Below are positions 31,039 to 42,134 of a DNA stretch of 64,000 nucleotides, piece by piece. The notes beneath the pieces are model-generated. The model did not search any database. It saw only the letters and a program-made list of their open reading frames with translations, and had not been told where the DNA came from. The translations under genes and the position numbers were made by a program. How positions within the stretch are numbered: position 1 is the stretch's first letter; every line of letters begins with the position of its first letter. This stretch comes from Saprospiraceae bacterium (lineage in GTDB: Bacteria; Bacteroidota; Bacteroidia; Chitinophagales; Saprospiraceae), in the NCBI GenBank assembly GCA_016710625.1, contig JADJVK010000054.1:65040-129039 (forward strand), read 5' to 3'.

Positions 31039-32963
31039 TATTCCTTATCTGATTTTGCTTTATTTTTCTTTTCAGGATCCATCATTTCCATTAATTTAAG
31101 TCCAAGTAAGCCATCGATTGATGAACCTCCACCATTTGTCCCTCCAATTAATACATCAGGTATCAATTTTATATTTCCTTTTGATAATTCTTCTGTAATT
31201 TTAAATCTTGTAAAGTTCTCACCGCCTAATGCATTCACTGCCAATTCATAAGCTTCTGCAGTTGATTTACCAATTTCAAGAATTTTTCCTGCTTCAGCAG
31301 ATCCTGTCAATGATATTTGTTCAGCAAGAGCTGCTGCTTTTAATTTAGTCGCTTCAGATTCAGCCATTGCTCTAGCTTTTGTTGCCTCAGCTTCAGCATG
31401 AGCTCTAAGTTTGGTCGCTTCAGCTTCTGCACCTACTGATAATTTGATACTGGTTGCTTCACCTTCTGATTTTTTCACAGCTGCATTTGCTGTTCTTTCT
31501 GCAATTTCAACGCTTTGTTGAGCTTGAACAATTTCTTTTTGCATATCTGCAATTGCAGTCTGTTTTTCCATTCCTTGCCTTGTTTCTTGAGCTTTCATTT
31601 GAGTATCAAAGGTGACTTTTTGCTCTTCTGCTATTTTTCTGTCAGTTAAAGTTTTCATTAAGGATTCAGGTGGTACAATATCACCAATCAATGTGTCAAC
31701 TGCATTTACATTATATTCATCCAAAACTTTTTTGATATGTGCTTTCGCTGATTCTTGTCTTTCTTTTCTGGTACTCAAAAAGGCAATTACATCACTATCC
31801 TGAGCAGAGTTACGGAAATAATTACCAATTGTAGGTTCCAATACTTGTGAAACAAGATTGACCATATTCCCAAATCTGGCAATTACTTTTGGAGCTTCAG
31901 TAGTTGGTACATGAATGATTTGAGCAACATCCAGATTGAAAGGGAAACCATCTTTTGAACGAACAGTAATCGTAGATAAATTTTTATCTAAATTGTGGGC
32001 TTCGCTCCTTGCAGCTGCCCAGTTAAGCACTAAATTAGTAGTAGGTACAAGTTCAACTTTCATCGTGTACTTATTAATTGGATATTTGCCAGGTCCTAAT
32101 GGCTCTAGCCAAACGCCTTTAAATCCTTTTTCAACGATATTACCATGTTTGAATTCAGAACCAGTCAAATCACTTCCTTCTTGACCAATATAAGAAATAA
32201 CTACCCCAACATAACCAATTGGGATTTCAGTCATTGGTATTTCTTCAATTTGCACTGCCCAAGGATTCAAATTGTAAGATCCAGCTAAAATTACCTGAGG
32301 TTGAAGCCCTCTATTTCCATTGTTTTTCAAGAAAACATCGAAATCTTGGAAATTATTATGCCCCTCTACTAATTTTCCAGCTATCTGACCTTGATCAATT
32401 GGCAAACCATCTAAAGTTGTAACAATTCCAACCATACTTTCTTGAATCCTAATCATTTCTGTAACACTTACTTGGAATAGGAAAGTATTAATACGATAAG
32501 AACCGGCAGTTATGTAGGCAGTTTGTCGACCTCTTTGTCCTCCATTTTCTAAGAATTTTTCAGCATCTTGAAAATTATCACACTCTGCTTTTTGGCCCAA
32601 AATATTACCTGTGGGGATTTCGGCACCATCTTTTGCAAGCACCAAACCGATTTTACCTTCTGGAATGATGGTGAAACTTTGCATGGTTACGTCATATTGC
32701 CAAAACCACATACCGAAATACAAACCAGGAGCTAAAGTTTTAGCTTGAAATCCAGCTTCGCCTTTTGTGGCAATAATTCTTCCATCTGGCAAAGATTTAA
32801 ATTCTCCAAAAAGAACGAACTTTTTAGTAACAAGACCAATTTTATCTTCAGGCACTATCAACATCCCAAAGAAAAACCTCAGAATATAAGTATATGAAAA
32901 TAACAAAATTAGAATTGGAATAATCCACCAAAACCTAAAAATTTTAAAATAAAAGTCTTCCAT
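31038..32963 (-). CDS. SPFH/band-7 flotillin-like protein (YqiK-like) with a long C-terminal Ala/Glu-rich coiled coil
   Basis: 641 aa. N-terminal TM segment, two SPFH-like halves, then AEAEATKLRAHAEAEATKARAMAESEATKLKAAALAEQ. Confidence 0.75.
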   Translation of the reverse strand: MEDFYFKIFRFWWIIPILILLFSYTYILRFFFGMLIVPEDKIGLVTKKFVLFGEFKSLPDGRIIATKGEAGFQAKTLAPGLYFGMWFWQYDVTMQSFTIIPEGKIGLVLAKDGAEIPTGNILGQKAECDNFQDAEKFLENGGQRGRQTAYITAGSYRINTFLFQVSVTEMIRIQESMVGIVTTLDGLPIDQGQIAGKLVEGHNNFQDFDVFLKNNGNRGLQPQVILAGSYNLNPWAVQIEEIPMTEIPIGYVGVVISYIGQEGSDLTGSEFKHGNIVEKGFKGVWLEPLGPGKYPINKYTMKVELVPTTNLVLNWAAARSEAHNLDKNLSTITVRSKDGFPFNLDVAQIIHVPTTEAPKVIARFGNMVNLVSQVLEPTIGNYFRNSAQDSDVIAFLSTRKERQESAKAHIKKVLDEYNVNAVDTLIGDIVPPESLMKTLTDRKIAEEQKVTFDTQMKAQETRQGMEKQTAIADMQKEIVQAQQSVEIAERTANAAVKKSEGEATSIKLSVGAEAEATKLRAHAEAEATKARAMAESEATKLKAAALAEQISLTGSAEAGKILEIGKSTAEAYELAVNALGGENFTRFKITEELSKGNIKLIPDVLIGGTNGGGSSIDGLLGLKLMEMMDPEKKNKAKSDKE

Positions 32964-33142
32964 GATTAAATAAATTTTATTTGAACAATGTTTTTAAATA
33001 TTTTCAATAAACCATTGAAAATTATAAAATAAATTTAATAATAAAAGAGAATTTTTATCTAATTATCTAGATTTAATTCTTGAAAATATCGACTATTCAT
33101 TGAGTAAATAGATTATAATTTTATATTCTAAAATCTATTTTC

Positions 33143-34252
33143 TTACAAAATATATTTTTTCAAAATTGGAATTTTGGATAAGATATAAATGGAAAGGATG
33201 GACAAAATTAAAACCGTAATAGCTTGAAAAAATGTACCCAATATTGGATTGATTTGCCAATAAATATATTGGTCTGAGGTGATTTTACTCCAGCCCCAAA
33301 GGAAATTTTTTAGTAAATCAATAATGAGTACATGAATGAAATAGACTCCGAAACTGATATCTGAAAAGTAATGAATAAAATGGTCAATTTTTGGATATTT
33401 ATTAGCAAAGCTTTTCCAATCATAATTTTTCAGAAATAAATATAAAGCAAAAGAAATGAAAACTACGTTTGGACTGAAATAAACAAATACTTTGTCATCA
33501 TAACTTCCTTTTTGTTCAGCCAAATATTGTGCAGCAAAAAATGTAATAAACGGAATAGTAATCATTAAATAATAAATCCATTTTCTATTTTGAATTGGAT
33601 ATGTTGATATATAATACCCCATCACATAAAAGCCAATATAACCGAGCCAACCAACATATTTTACCATAAAAACATTTGGAATAAAATGCTGTATCGTGGT
33701 TATAAAAAAGGTGAAGCCTAAAAAATATTCTATTTCGAATCTTGTGGCATGTCGAGTGAAAACCCTAAATATTGGAGTTAAAAAATATAGACTTAAAATC
33801 ATCGATATGAACCAGAGATGATAATAAACATCTTCGAAAATTATTTTTTGATAAATTTTTGACCAATCTGGAGCTTTCCATTGATCGATATATCCTCTGT
33901 TTTCATAGAGTGTATAAACAATTGCCCAAAACAAAAATGGAACAAATACTCTTCGGAATCTTTTGAATAAAAAATCCTTTATAGGCTCAACTTTTTTTGG
34001 ATTAAGCAAAAAAGCACCACTAATCATGATGAAAAAAGGAGATGCCCAGCGAAACAAACTGTAATAGAAATTTGCAGAAAACCAATTTGCACCATATGGC
34101 TGATTAGGATCAAATTTCTGTAGATTTTCTCCAACAGAGTGCATGAAAACAACAGCAATAGCAGCAAAACTCCTAATATAATGTGCATAAAGCACATCAG
34201 AAGATGATTTTTTGGCTACAATTTTAGTTATTTCATCGTTTTCGACTTCCAT
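33143..34252 (-). CDS. acyltransferase family 3 membrane protein
   Basis: 369 aa, with multiple TM helices. Confidence 0.65.
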   Translation of the reverse strand: MEVENDEITKIVAKKSSSDVLYAHYIRSFAAIAVVFMHSVGENLQKFDPNQPYGANWFSANFYYSLFRWASPFFIMISGAFLLNPKKVEPIKDFLFKRFRRVFVPFLFWAIVYTLYENRGYIDQWKAPDWSKIYQKIIFEDVYYHLWFISMILSLYFLTPIFRVFTRHATRFEIEYFLGFTFFITTIQHFIPNVFMVKYVGWLGYIGFYVMGYYISTYPIQNRKWIYYLMITIPFITFFAAQYLAEQKGSYDDKVFVYFSPNVVFISFALYLFLKNYDWKSFANKYPKIDHFIHYFSDISFGVYFIHVLIIDLLKNFLWGWSKITSDQYIYWQINPILGTFFQAITVLILSILSIYILSKIPILKKYIL

Positions 34253-34331
34253 AAATTATTTCTGAAGGCAAAAATAATTAGGTACAATGAAAAATGTAAG
34301 GTAAATCCAACTATTTTAAATATTATTTGAA

Positions 34332-35384
34332 TTAATCCTTGAATATTTGAATTTTTTTCTGTCCTGGTTTTGCATACCCACGATACATTCCTTCGCTATT
34401 GAAGGGCATTGCGATGTTTCCAAAACTATCTAAAATGATACAACCACCTTCACCTCCTTTTTCGACTAATTTCTTCATAATTACTTCATTTCCAGCTTCT
34501 TCAACTGTCATTTTTTTATAGGATATGAGTGAAGATATATCATGTGCAACGGCATATCGTATAAAATATTCACCATGCCCAGTGCAAGAAACAGCACAAC
34601 TATTATTATCTGCATAAGTGCCAGCTCCAATTATCGGTGTATCCCCAAATCGATTCCATCTTTTATTGGTCATCCCTCCAGTGCTAGTCCCAGCAGCTAA
34701 ATTACCATTATTGTCTAGAGCAATACAACCAACAGTACCAAATTTTTTGTCTGGATTTTCACTTCGTTTCGATTGTTCTATGGAATCTTCTTCTGCTTTT
34801 ATTTTTTGAAGGCTATTCCATCTATTTTCAGTGAAAAAATAGCTTGGATCTACTATTTCTAAATTATTTTCCTTTGCAAAAGTTTCAGCTCCAATACCTG
34901 TCAATAAAACATGTTTCGATTTTTCCATCACCGCCCTAGCAAGACTAATTGGGTTTTTAACGATTGTTACGCCTCCAACGGCACCAGCCATTTGATTTTT
35001 TCCATCCATAATCGAGGCATCTAATTCATTTTTACCATCATGAGTAAATACAGCGCCTTTACCTGCATTGAATAAAGGACAATCTTCCAAATATCTAATC
35101 GTTTTTTCAACTGCATCAAGTGAAGAACCACCATTTTTGAGAACCGATTCTCCAATTGTTAAAGCAGTATCCAATGCATTAGTATATTGCATTGCTTTTT
35201 CTTTGCTCATTTCTTTCTGATTGAGTGTGCCAGCACCTCCATGAATCACAATAGCATATGGAGGCTTAGTTGCACTTTTCTTTTTATTCGCAACTTCAGA
35301 ACAGCTAATGATTACAAGAAAATTTAAAATTATTAAAAAAAGTAATTTGAAATTCATCATTATTAATTTTTTGCAAATTAACAA
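34332..35384 (-). CDS. isoaspartyl peptidase / L-asparaginase (Ntn-hydrolase, Asparaginase_2)
   Basis: 350 aa. Nucleophile motif GTVGCIALD. Signal or lipoprotein leader ending ...IISCS. Confidence 0.8.
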   Translation of the reverse strand: MLICKKLIMMNFKLLFLIILNFLVIISCSEVANKKKSATKPPYAIVIHGGAGTLNQKEMSKEKAMQYTNALDTALTIGESVLKNGGSSLDAVEKTIRYLEDCPLFNAGKGAVFTHDGKNELDASIMDGKNQMAGAVGGVTIVKNPISLARAVMEKSKHVLLTGIGAETFAKENNLEIVDPSYFFTENRWNSLQKIKAEEDSIEQSKRSENPDKKFGTVGCIALDNNGNLAAGTSTGGMTNKRWNRFGDTPIIGAGTYADNNSCAVSCTGHGEYFIRYAVAHDISSLISYKKMTVEEAGNEVIMKKLVEKGGEGGCIILDSFGNIAMPFNSEGMYRGYAKPGQKKIQIFKD

Positions 35385-35602
35385 TTTATAATAAGTTTAC
35401 ATGTAAAATAATTAAAATTATTAATCAATTCACTTACAGTCTGTAACATAAGTAAAATTTTTACTTATAATTATTAGCAATCATATGATTTAATAATGTT
35501 CAAATGTTAATTATTTTATAATACTATCTATTTATATACTCTTTTTAGCGATTAAAAAGTTATACATTTGTCAAATTAAGGATAAAAACAACCAACTTAT
35601 AT

Positions 35603-38600
35603 ATGAAAAGACTTAATTTTTATTGCTTTGCAATTGTCTTTTTAACTCTCGGAAAATTAATTGCTCAGCCAGCAACTTCAGTTTTTGACGAAGCTCAATT
35701 GAATTTCAAACAAGGTGTTGATTTTTTTGATAAGGGACTTTATGGTCTTGCAGAAAGGTCATTCAAATCTTTTCAAGCAATGGAGCTTCCTACCAATGAA
35801 GCAAAGTATCAATACTTGCAAACTCAAAGTGAATTGTATATTGCTAGATGTGCAGTGAGATCAGGTAAACCTGAAGGGGAGAAGCTCATGTTAGATTTTG
35901 TTCGTCATCATGCACCTGAGCCAGTGGCTGGAAGTGCAGTGATCGAAATCGGAAATTACTATTATAATGCTGGAAAGTTCGATAAGGCTTCTGAGTATTA
36001 CAAAATGGTTGACCGAGGAGGAATGACTATTTCCCAAAGGAATGAAGTGAACTTCAAATTAGGTTATGGTGAATTTGTGCAAAAGCGATTTTCTTCTGCA
36101 AAAAGCTATTTTAGAATGGTGAAAGACGGCAATAGTGAATATAGTGCTGCCGCAAATTACTATTATGGAATGTGCTGTTTCTTTGATAACCAATATGAAG
36201 AAGCAATTAAATCTTTTGAAAAATGTAAGAATGATAAAAAATATAGTTCTTTAGTTCCATACTATATCACTCAAATCTATTTTGCTCAAAATAAATTCGA
36301 TAAATTAATTGATTATGCTGAGCCAAAATTGAATGATAATAGCTTGAGGAACACCAAAGAAATGCAACAATTGGTTGGTCAAGCATATTTTGAAAAAGAA
36401 AATTACAAAGCGGCATTACCACATTTGGAAGCTTATGGAAACAATAGCAATCTAAAGGCTGAAGAAATTTACCAATTGGGTTATTGTCAATATAAGAATG
36501 GAAAATATGCTAATGCTTCGAAGAATTTCGAACAGTTGAGTGCACAAAATAACAAAATGGGACAAAATGCAATGTTTTTGTTAGGGGATTGTTATTTGAG
36601 AGCAAAAAATAAAGTTCAAGCTAGAAATGCATTTGGTACAGCCAGCAGAATGAATTTTGATAAAGAAATTCAAGAAGATGCTTTATTTAACTATGGTAAA
36701 TTAAGTGCTGAATTAGATTTTGACAGAGAAGCAGTAAATGCTCTCTCTAAAATTCCTACCAAATCAAAAAATTATAATGAAGCTCAAAGCATATTAAGTA
36801 CTGTGTTTTTGAATACAAGAGATTATGATAAAGCTCTTGAAGTTTTGGAGGGAATTCCTGACAAATCATCAAAAATGAATGAGACATTACAAAAAGTTGC
36901 TTATTTCAAAGGTGTCCAATTACAACAATCCAATAAATTGGATGATGCTATTGGAATGTACAAAAAATCGCTTTTATATCCAGTAGATCCTCAGACTAAG
37001 GCTTTGTGCAATTATTGGTTAGGAGATATCGCCAGCCAAAGAAAAGATTATGATGGAAGTATAAAATATGTAAATACATACTTGCAAATTGCTAAAAATC
37101 AGAGCAATATGCCTGATGAAGCTTCTGTGCATACCGCAAACTATTTGCAAGGATATAATTTTTTGAAACAACAAAATTATAGTTCTGCAAAAGGTTATTT
37201 TCAAGAAACAGTTTCTGGAATCAAGAAAAATTCATTGAATATTGATGATAAATTTGTGAAATCACAATTATTAGGAGATGCTGTTTTAAGGGCTGGAGAT
37301 TGCAATTTCAAACAAAATAAGTATGACGAAGCTTTGAAATTTTATGATGATGCAATCAAAAGTAAATACAATGGCTATGTGTATGCTTTATATCAAAAAG
37401 CAATTATTGAAGGATTAAAAGGAAATGTTGAAGATAAATTAATTGCTTTGGAAAAATTGAGTAGAGATTATCCAAATTCTGATTTTGCGGATGATGCATT
37501 GTTGGAAACAGGCTCTACTTATTTGGAGATAAATCAATTAGATAAGGCAGTGAAGCCACTAAAAACTTTAGTGAATGATTATAAGACTAAGTCGCCATTA
37601 ATCAATCAGGGACTATTAAAACTAGGTTTGGTGAGTTATAACCAAGGTAGTTTGCAAATGGCAATTAACTATTACAAACAAGTTTTTAGTAATAATCCTG
37701 ATTCAGAAGAAGCTAAAGCAGCATTAGCAGCATTGGAAGAAATCTATGTGAGAGATTTAGGTAAACCAGATGAATATTTTGCTTTTGTAGAGACAGTTCC
37801 TGGTTATAAAGTAACGAATATTTCTAGAGATTCTATTAGTTTCAAAGCGGCAGAAGCACAATTTGAAAATGGCAATTACGATAAGGCAGTAAGTTCTTAC
37901 ACAGATTATATTAACAAATTTCCTACTGGCTCAAGTATCTTGTTAGCTTATTATAGAAGAGCTGAAAGCCAAGTAATTTTGAAGAAATATGATAGTGCTT
38001 TCAAAGATTATGAATCAGTAATCGTAAGAGGTAATAGTAAATACTACACTAAATCTTTAGAAAAAGCGGCTTTGATTGCCTATAATTATAATAAGAATTT
38101 CGTAAAATCTTATGAATATTATAGCAGATTAGAAAAAGAACCAGTGGATGACAATACAAAATTTGAAGCACAATTAGGTGCAATGCGGTCTGCATATCGA
38201 TCAAATAATATGAAAGCTGTGGTGGAAATGGCTGAAAAAGTGTCAAAAAATCCACAGGCATCTGTAGATCAAGTTGCAACTGCTGAATTTTACATTGGCA
38301 AATCTGCTTTTGACCAAAAAGACTTTGACAAGGCGTTGAATGCTTTCAATAAGGTTGTTAGAAACTCAGATAATGAGCAAACGGCAGAAGCTAGATATTT
38401 GATTGCTTATATTTATTACCAAAAGAGAGATTTAGAAATTGCAAATAATCTTTGTGACCAAGCGGCAAAAGAAAGTGCACAATATGAATATTGGGTTGCA
38501 AAATCTATTTTGCTACAATCCGATATTGCTGCAGAGCAAGGGGATTTAGTGAGTGCAAAAGCTGCATTAGAAGCAGTGATTGAAAATTTCAATAAAGATC

Positions 38601-38719
38601 CTGAACTTGTAAAAATCGCTCAAGATAAATTAGATGCCCTTGATGGAAAATCTAAAAATAAGCTTTCACCGAATAAACCGACGAATAATCTTTTAGAAAT
38701 GGATAATGACAAGAATTAA
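35603..38719 (+). CDS. large tetratricopeptide-repeat (TPR) protein, secreted
   Basis: 1038 aa. Signal peptide followed by more than 15 TPR-like repeats. Confidence 0.7.
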   Translation: MKRLNFYCFAIVFLTLGKLIAQPATSVFDEAQLNFKQGVDFFDKGLYGLAERSFKSFQAMELPTNEAKYQYLQTQSELYIARCAVRSGKPEGEKLMLDFVRHHAPEPVAGSAVIEIGNYYYNAGKFDKASEYYKMVDRGGMTISQRNEVNFKLGYGEFVQKRFSSAKSYFRMVKDGNSEYSAAANYYYGMCCFFDNQYEEAIKSFEKCKNDKKYSSLVPYYITQIYFAQNKFDKLIDYAEPKLNDNSLRNTKEMQQLVGQAYFEKENYKAALPHLEAYGNNSNLKAEEIYQLGYCQYKNGKYANASKNFEQLSAQNNKMGQNAMFLLGDCYLRAKNKVQARNAFGTASRMNFDKEIQEDALFNYGKLSAELDFDREAVNALSKIPTKSKNYNEAQSILSTVFLNTRDYDKALEVLEGIPDKSSKMNETLQKVAYFKGVQLQQSNKLDDAIGMYKKSLLYPVDPQTKALCNYWLGDIASQRKDYDGSIKYVNTYLQIAKNQSNMPDEASVHTANYLQGYNFLKQQNYSSAKGYFQETVSGIKKNSLNIDDKFVKSQLLGDAVLRAGDCNFKQNKYDEALKFYDDAIKSKYNGYVYALYQKAIIEGLKGNVEDKLIALEKLSRDYPNSDFADDALLETGSTYLEINQLDKAVKPLKTLVNDYKTKSPLINQGLLKLGLVSYNQGSLQMAINYYKQVFSNNPDSEEAKAALAALEEIYVRDLGKPDEYFAFVETVPGYKVTNISRDSISFKAAEAQFENGNYDKAVSSYTDYINKFPTGSSILLAYYRRAESQVILKKYDSAFKDYESVIVRGNSKYYTKSLEKAALIAYNYNKNFVKSYEYYSRLEKEPVDDNTKFEAQLGAMRSAYRSNNMKAVVEMAEKVSKNPQASVDQVATAEFYIGKSAFDQKDFDKALNAFNKVVRNSDNEQTAEARYLIAYIYYQKRDLEIANNLCDQAAKESAQYEYWVAKSILLQSDIAAEQGDLVSAKAALEAVIENFNKDPELVKIAQDKLDALDGKSKNKLSPNKPTNNLLEMDNDKN

Positions 38720-38759
38720 TCCTGCATTATCACTTTTTTAAAACTTTAATTTAATAATT

Positions 38760-40385
38760 ATGAAGATTCAAAATATAGCAATAACCCTAATATTACTACA
38801 ATCAATATCTCTTTTCGCTCAGAAAGATAAAAATTTACCTACTGATCAGGTGAATGTTGTCAAGAGTTTTGAAACAAGATTAGCAGATTTCGAAAAGTTG
38901 AGTACAAAACCAACTTTACCCCCTTTGGATACTGTTAATACCAAACAAAACATGAAATATTCTATTCAAGAAAAAACTATCAATATTGATTATGATGCAC
39001 CTAAATTGAGACCAATTTCGATGAAGGCTGACCCATTACCTCCTGCTTATGATGGATATTTAAAAGCTGGATATGGATCCTTATCTTCTCCTTATTTCGA
39101 TGCTGGTTATATTTTCAATAGTGATAAAACACTCGAAATTGGTGGGAAAGTGCATTATGAATCTGCTAAAAGCACAAAAATAACCAATCAAAAATATAGC
39201 AAATTTGGAATCAACTTGGATGGTACATACTTGATGGAAAACAATATTGGTTTATCTGCCAAATTGGGTTATGCTGGGAATGGATATTCTTTTTATGGCT
39301 ACGATCATGAAAAATACAATTTCACAAGTGATTCTATAAAACAACAATTCAATGCTTTTGATATTGGTGCAAAAATATTTAGTGTAAAGAAAACTGATAG
39401 TGATTTTAGTTTTAATGGTGGTTTGGATTTAGGTATTTATAATGATAGATTTGATAGCAAAGAGACGGCTTTAGGATTCAATGCTACTGGAACTAAATGG
39501 TTTGCAGATAAACATCCATTGAATATTACTGTGAAAACACAAAGAGTTGGTTTCTCAGACACTACGGACCAAACTATCAGCAACATCTGGTTGCAACCCA
39601 ATTTTGAATACCATCATGATATGTTCAATATTCATGTGGGTGTAAATATGTTAAGTACTGCTTCAAAATTCAAGGTGTTTCCAGACTTTAAAGCTGCTTT
39701 GAATTTGGCAGATAATGTTTTTACTGTTTTTGCAGGATGGCAAGGAGATGCTCAGATAAATTCATTTAGAACTTTATCAACGTATTGTCCATATGTTCTT
39801 TCTTCTATGAAAATAAATAATGCTTTTTACAATGAATTTTATGGAGGAATCAAAGGTAGTGTGAATATTTTGGATTATCAGGCTCAGGCTGGTTTCAAAA
39901 AAGTGGAGAATCAAGCATTATTTGTATCTGATACTAATCTATTAAGATTCAATAGATTGAGAGTTATATATGATACAGTTTCTATCACTTATGTAAAAGG
40001 AAATTTAGTTCTCAGACCAATTGCTAATTTAGAAATATCTGGTAGTTTGATTTTCAATGTGTTTAGTCCAAAACATGAAACTGCTGCTTGGCATTTGCCA
40101 GCTTTAGACGGAAATTTTGGTGCAAAATATGGCTTATTGGATGGTCAAGTGAAACTTAAGGGGAATGCTTATTTTCAAAGTGGACCAAATGCTCTAACGA
40201 AAACAGGAGCAACTGAGCGATTAGGATCTTTATTTGATTTGAGTGTAGGAGCTGAGTATTGGCCTTTGAAAAATGTAGGTATTTATGTTGATGCAAATAA
40301 TTTATTGAATAACAAACGACAACGATGGCTTGGTTATGACCAATTTGGGATAAATATAAACGGCGGTATAGTTGCTAGATTTTAA
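38760..40385 (+). CDS. putative outer-membrane beta-barrel protein
   Basis: 541 aa. Signal peptide, alternating amphipathic beta strands, C-terminal F. It is co-directional and 40 nt downstream of the TPR gene. Confidence 0.45.
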   Translation: MKIQNIAITLILLQSISLFAQKDKNLPTDQVNVVKSFETRLADFEKLSTKPTLPPLDTVNTKQNMKYSIQEKTINIDYDAPKLRPISMKADPLPPAYDGYLKAGYGSLSSPYFDAGYIFNSDKTLEIGGKVHYESAKSTKITNQKYSKFGINLDGTYLMENNIGLSAKLGYAGNGYSFYGYDHEKYNFTSDSIKQQFNAFDIGAKIFSVKKTDSDFSFNGGLDLGIYNDRFDSKETALGFNATGTKWFADKHPLNITVKTQRVGFSDTTDQTISNIWLQPNFEYHHDMFNIHVGVNMLSTASKFKVFPDFKAALNLADNVFTVFAGWQGDAQINSFRTLSTYCPYVLSSMKINNAFYNEFYGGIKGSVNILDYQAQAGFKKVENQALFVSDTNLLRFNRLRVIYDTVSITYVKGNLVLRPIANLEISGSLIFNVFSPKHETAAWHLPALDGNFGAKYGLLDGQVKLKGNAYFQSGPNALTKTGATERLGSLFDLSVGAEYWPLKNVGIYVDANNLLNNKRQRWLGYDQFGININGGIVARF

Positions 40386-40395
40386 ATAGCATTAT

Positions 40396-40462
40396 AAAAG
40401 TAGATTATTCAATTTGATAAGAAATTTTTAAAAAGAATTTAATCAGTGAATAATCTACTTTT
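40396..40462. terminator. bidirectional terminator / long inverted repeat between convergent genes
   Basis: aaaagtagattattca (40396-40411) and tgaataatctactttt (40447-40462) form a 16-bp perfect stem. Confidence 0.55.
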
Positions 40463-40463
40463 C

Positions 40464-42134
40464 TTAAGAATTAATCAATTTCCCTGTAACCTCAACTAAA
40501 AAATATTGACTGCTATTTTGAAAACGAGTATTTTTATTCAGCCATTCTATATTTAAAGTAGTAACTGCAGTATGCAGACCAGATTTTAAAATTTTGAGTA
40601 TCAACCCTTTTTGTTCTAATTCTTTGAATCCATTCTGATCTGTTAATATCCAATTTCCTAAATCAACTTCTTCCGATTTTTCAATGTTTTTGGGTAAAAT
40701 ATTGCTATAAAATACGAATGAATGGCTCACATCTATTTTATATGTAAAAAAGTCAGTCGCATTTCGATTATTTGATTTTAAATACTTACCAACATTACTT
40801 CCTAATTGATATTGTAAAAGATTTGGATAAAACCAAGTGCTCAAGAAAACATTGATAGTGAGTAAGGTAACCAAACTATGTTTGATGAAAGTTGGTAAAG
40901 AAACTCTTTTTAACAATACTACAATTAAAAATACAATAAGCAACAATGCAAAAATTAAACTCCAATTTAAAGGAAAAACATAAAAGTGAATTATTGGGAT
41001 AAGCAACCATAAAGCACTGACAATGATAAAATTAAAGATGTAGAAAAAAGTATAAAACTTGGTGAATTTACTGATTCGCTCTATTCTAGTTTTCTTTCTA
41101 ATTTCGTGAATGGCTTCAGCAGTAATGATAGATGCAAAAGGAAATACCACAAAAATATAATGAGGCAATTGGTACCGAGACATTGCAAGGGCAATATAAG
41201 TCAATGTAAATCCAAAGAATGTGATTTCTTCAATAGCACTTTTTTTAACTATTTGTTTTAACTTAATCAACCAACCTGCTAAGAAAAATAGTATCCAAGG
41301 AGCATAACTCCAAACCATGTTTTGTAAAAGGAAAAAGAAATTTCCATGCTCACTCCAAGTGCTTTCACCTGTAATTCTTCCGAAGGATTGGGTCCAAAAG
41401 AAAAATTTTAACCCAGAAATTTCGCTTTGTTTGTATAGGATTTTCTCAGGATGCAAATCAAATTGTAGATATAGACCAATGCACATGGGAATTATTAAAA
41501 TACCAATAGTTAGTATTCCAACTAAATATTGCCATTTGAATAAATAATTCCATTTTTTTCGATAGAGAAAATAGCCTCCAAATGCAAAAATGACGATTGC
41601 AATTGCTATGGGTCCTTTTGTCATCAAACCCCCAGCCATTGCTGCAAAGGCAAATATATAGTACGTAATTTTTTTGTTAGATAAAGCTTCTGAAAACAAC
41701 CAAACGGATAACATCACCCAACCCATCAACATTGTATCTGTTCTGCAATCATGAGTTATTAAAAACAATGCCTGACAGGTGCCTAAAATCAAAGAAGCAT
41801 AATAGGGTATTGGAGGAGCATAATATTTTTTTGCAAACTGATAAGTGCTAAAAATAGCTATCAAAGCGAAGATGAGGTTAACAAATCGATATACAACATC
41901 TGAAGTACCGAAAATAGTCATGAAAAAGGAAGTAATCCAGAACAATAAAGGTGGCTTATCCAAATAATCTCTGCCTAGATCAAAAATCTGTAAATAAGAT
42001 TTATTGATGGTCATTTCTTTGCTGATGGATGCATATTGAGCTGCATCCACATCCATCAAATCTATTCTCCACCCCAAAAGATAAACCATGAGGATGATGA
42101 GCCATAATAAATAATATTTATAATGTTGTATCAT
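40464..42134 (-). CDS. glycosyltransferase family 39 (ArnT/PMT-like) membrane protein
   Basis: 556 aa. N-terminal DxD-containing loop (DVDAAQYASISKEM...DKPPLLFW) and 11 or more TM helices. Confidence 0.7.
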   Translation of the reverse strand: MIQHYKYYLLWLIILMVYLLGWRIDLMDVDAAQYASISKEMTINKSYLQIFDLGRDYLDKPPLLFWITSFFMTIFGTSDVVYRFVNLIFALIAIFSTYQFAKKYYAPPIPYYASLILGTCQALFLITHDCRTDTMLMGWVMLSVWLFSEALSNKKITYYIFAFAAMAGGLMTKGPIAIAIVIFAFGGYFLYRKKWNYLFKWQYLVGILTIGILIIPMCIGLYLQFDLHPEKILYKQSEISGLKFFFWTQSFGRITGESTWSEHGNFFFLLQNMVWSYAPWILFFLAGWLIKLKQIVKKSAIEEITFFGFTLTYIALAMSRYQLPHYIFVVFPFASIITAEAIHEIRKKTRIERISKFTKFYTFFYIFNFIIVSALWLLIPIIHFYVFPLNWSLIFALLLIVFLIVVLLKRVSLPTFIKHSLVTLLTINVFLSTWFYPNLLQYQLGSNVGKYLKSNNRNATDFFTYKIDVSHSFVFYSNILPKNIEKSEEVDLGNWILTDQNGFKELEQKGLILKILKSGLHTAVTTLNIEWLNKNTRFQNSSQYFLVEVTGKLINS

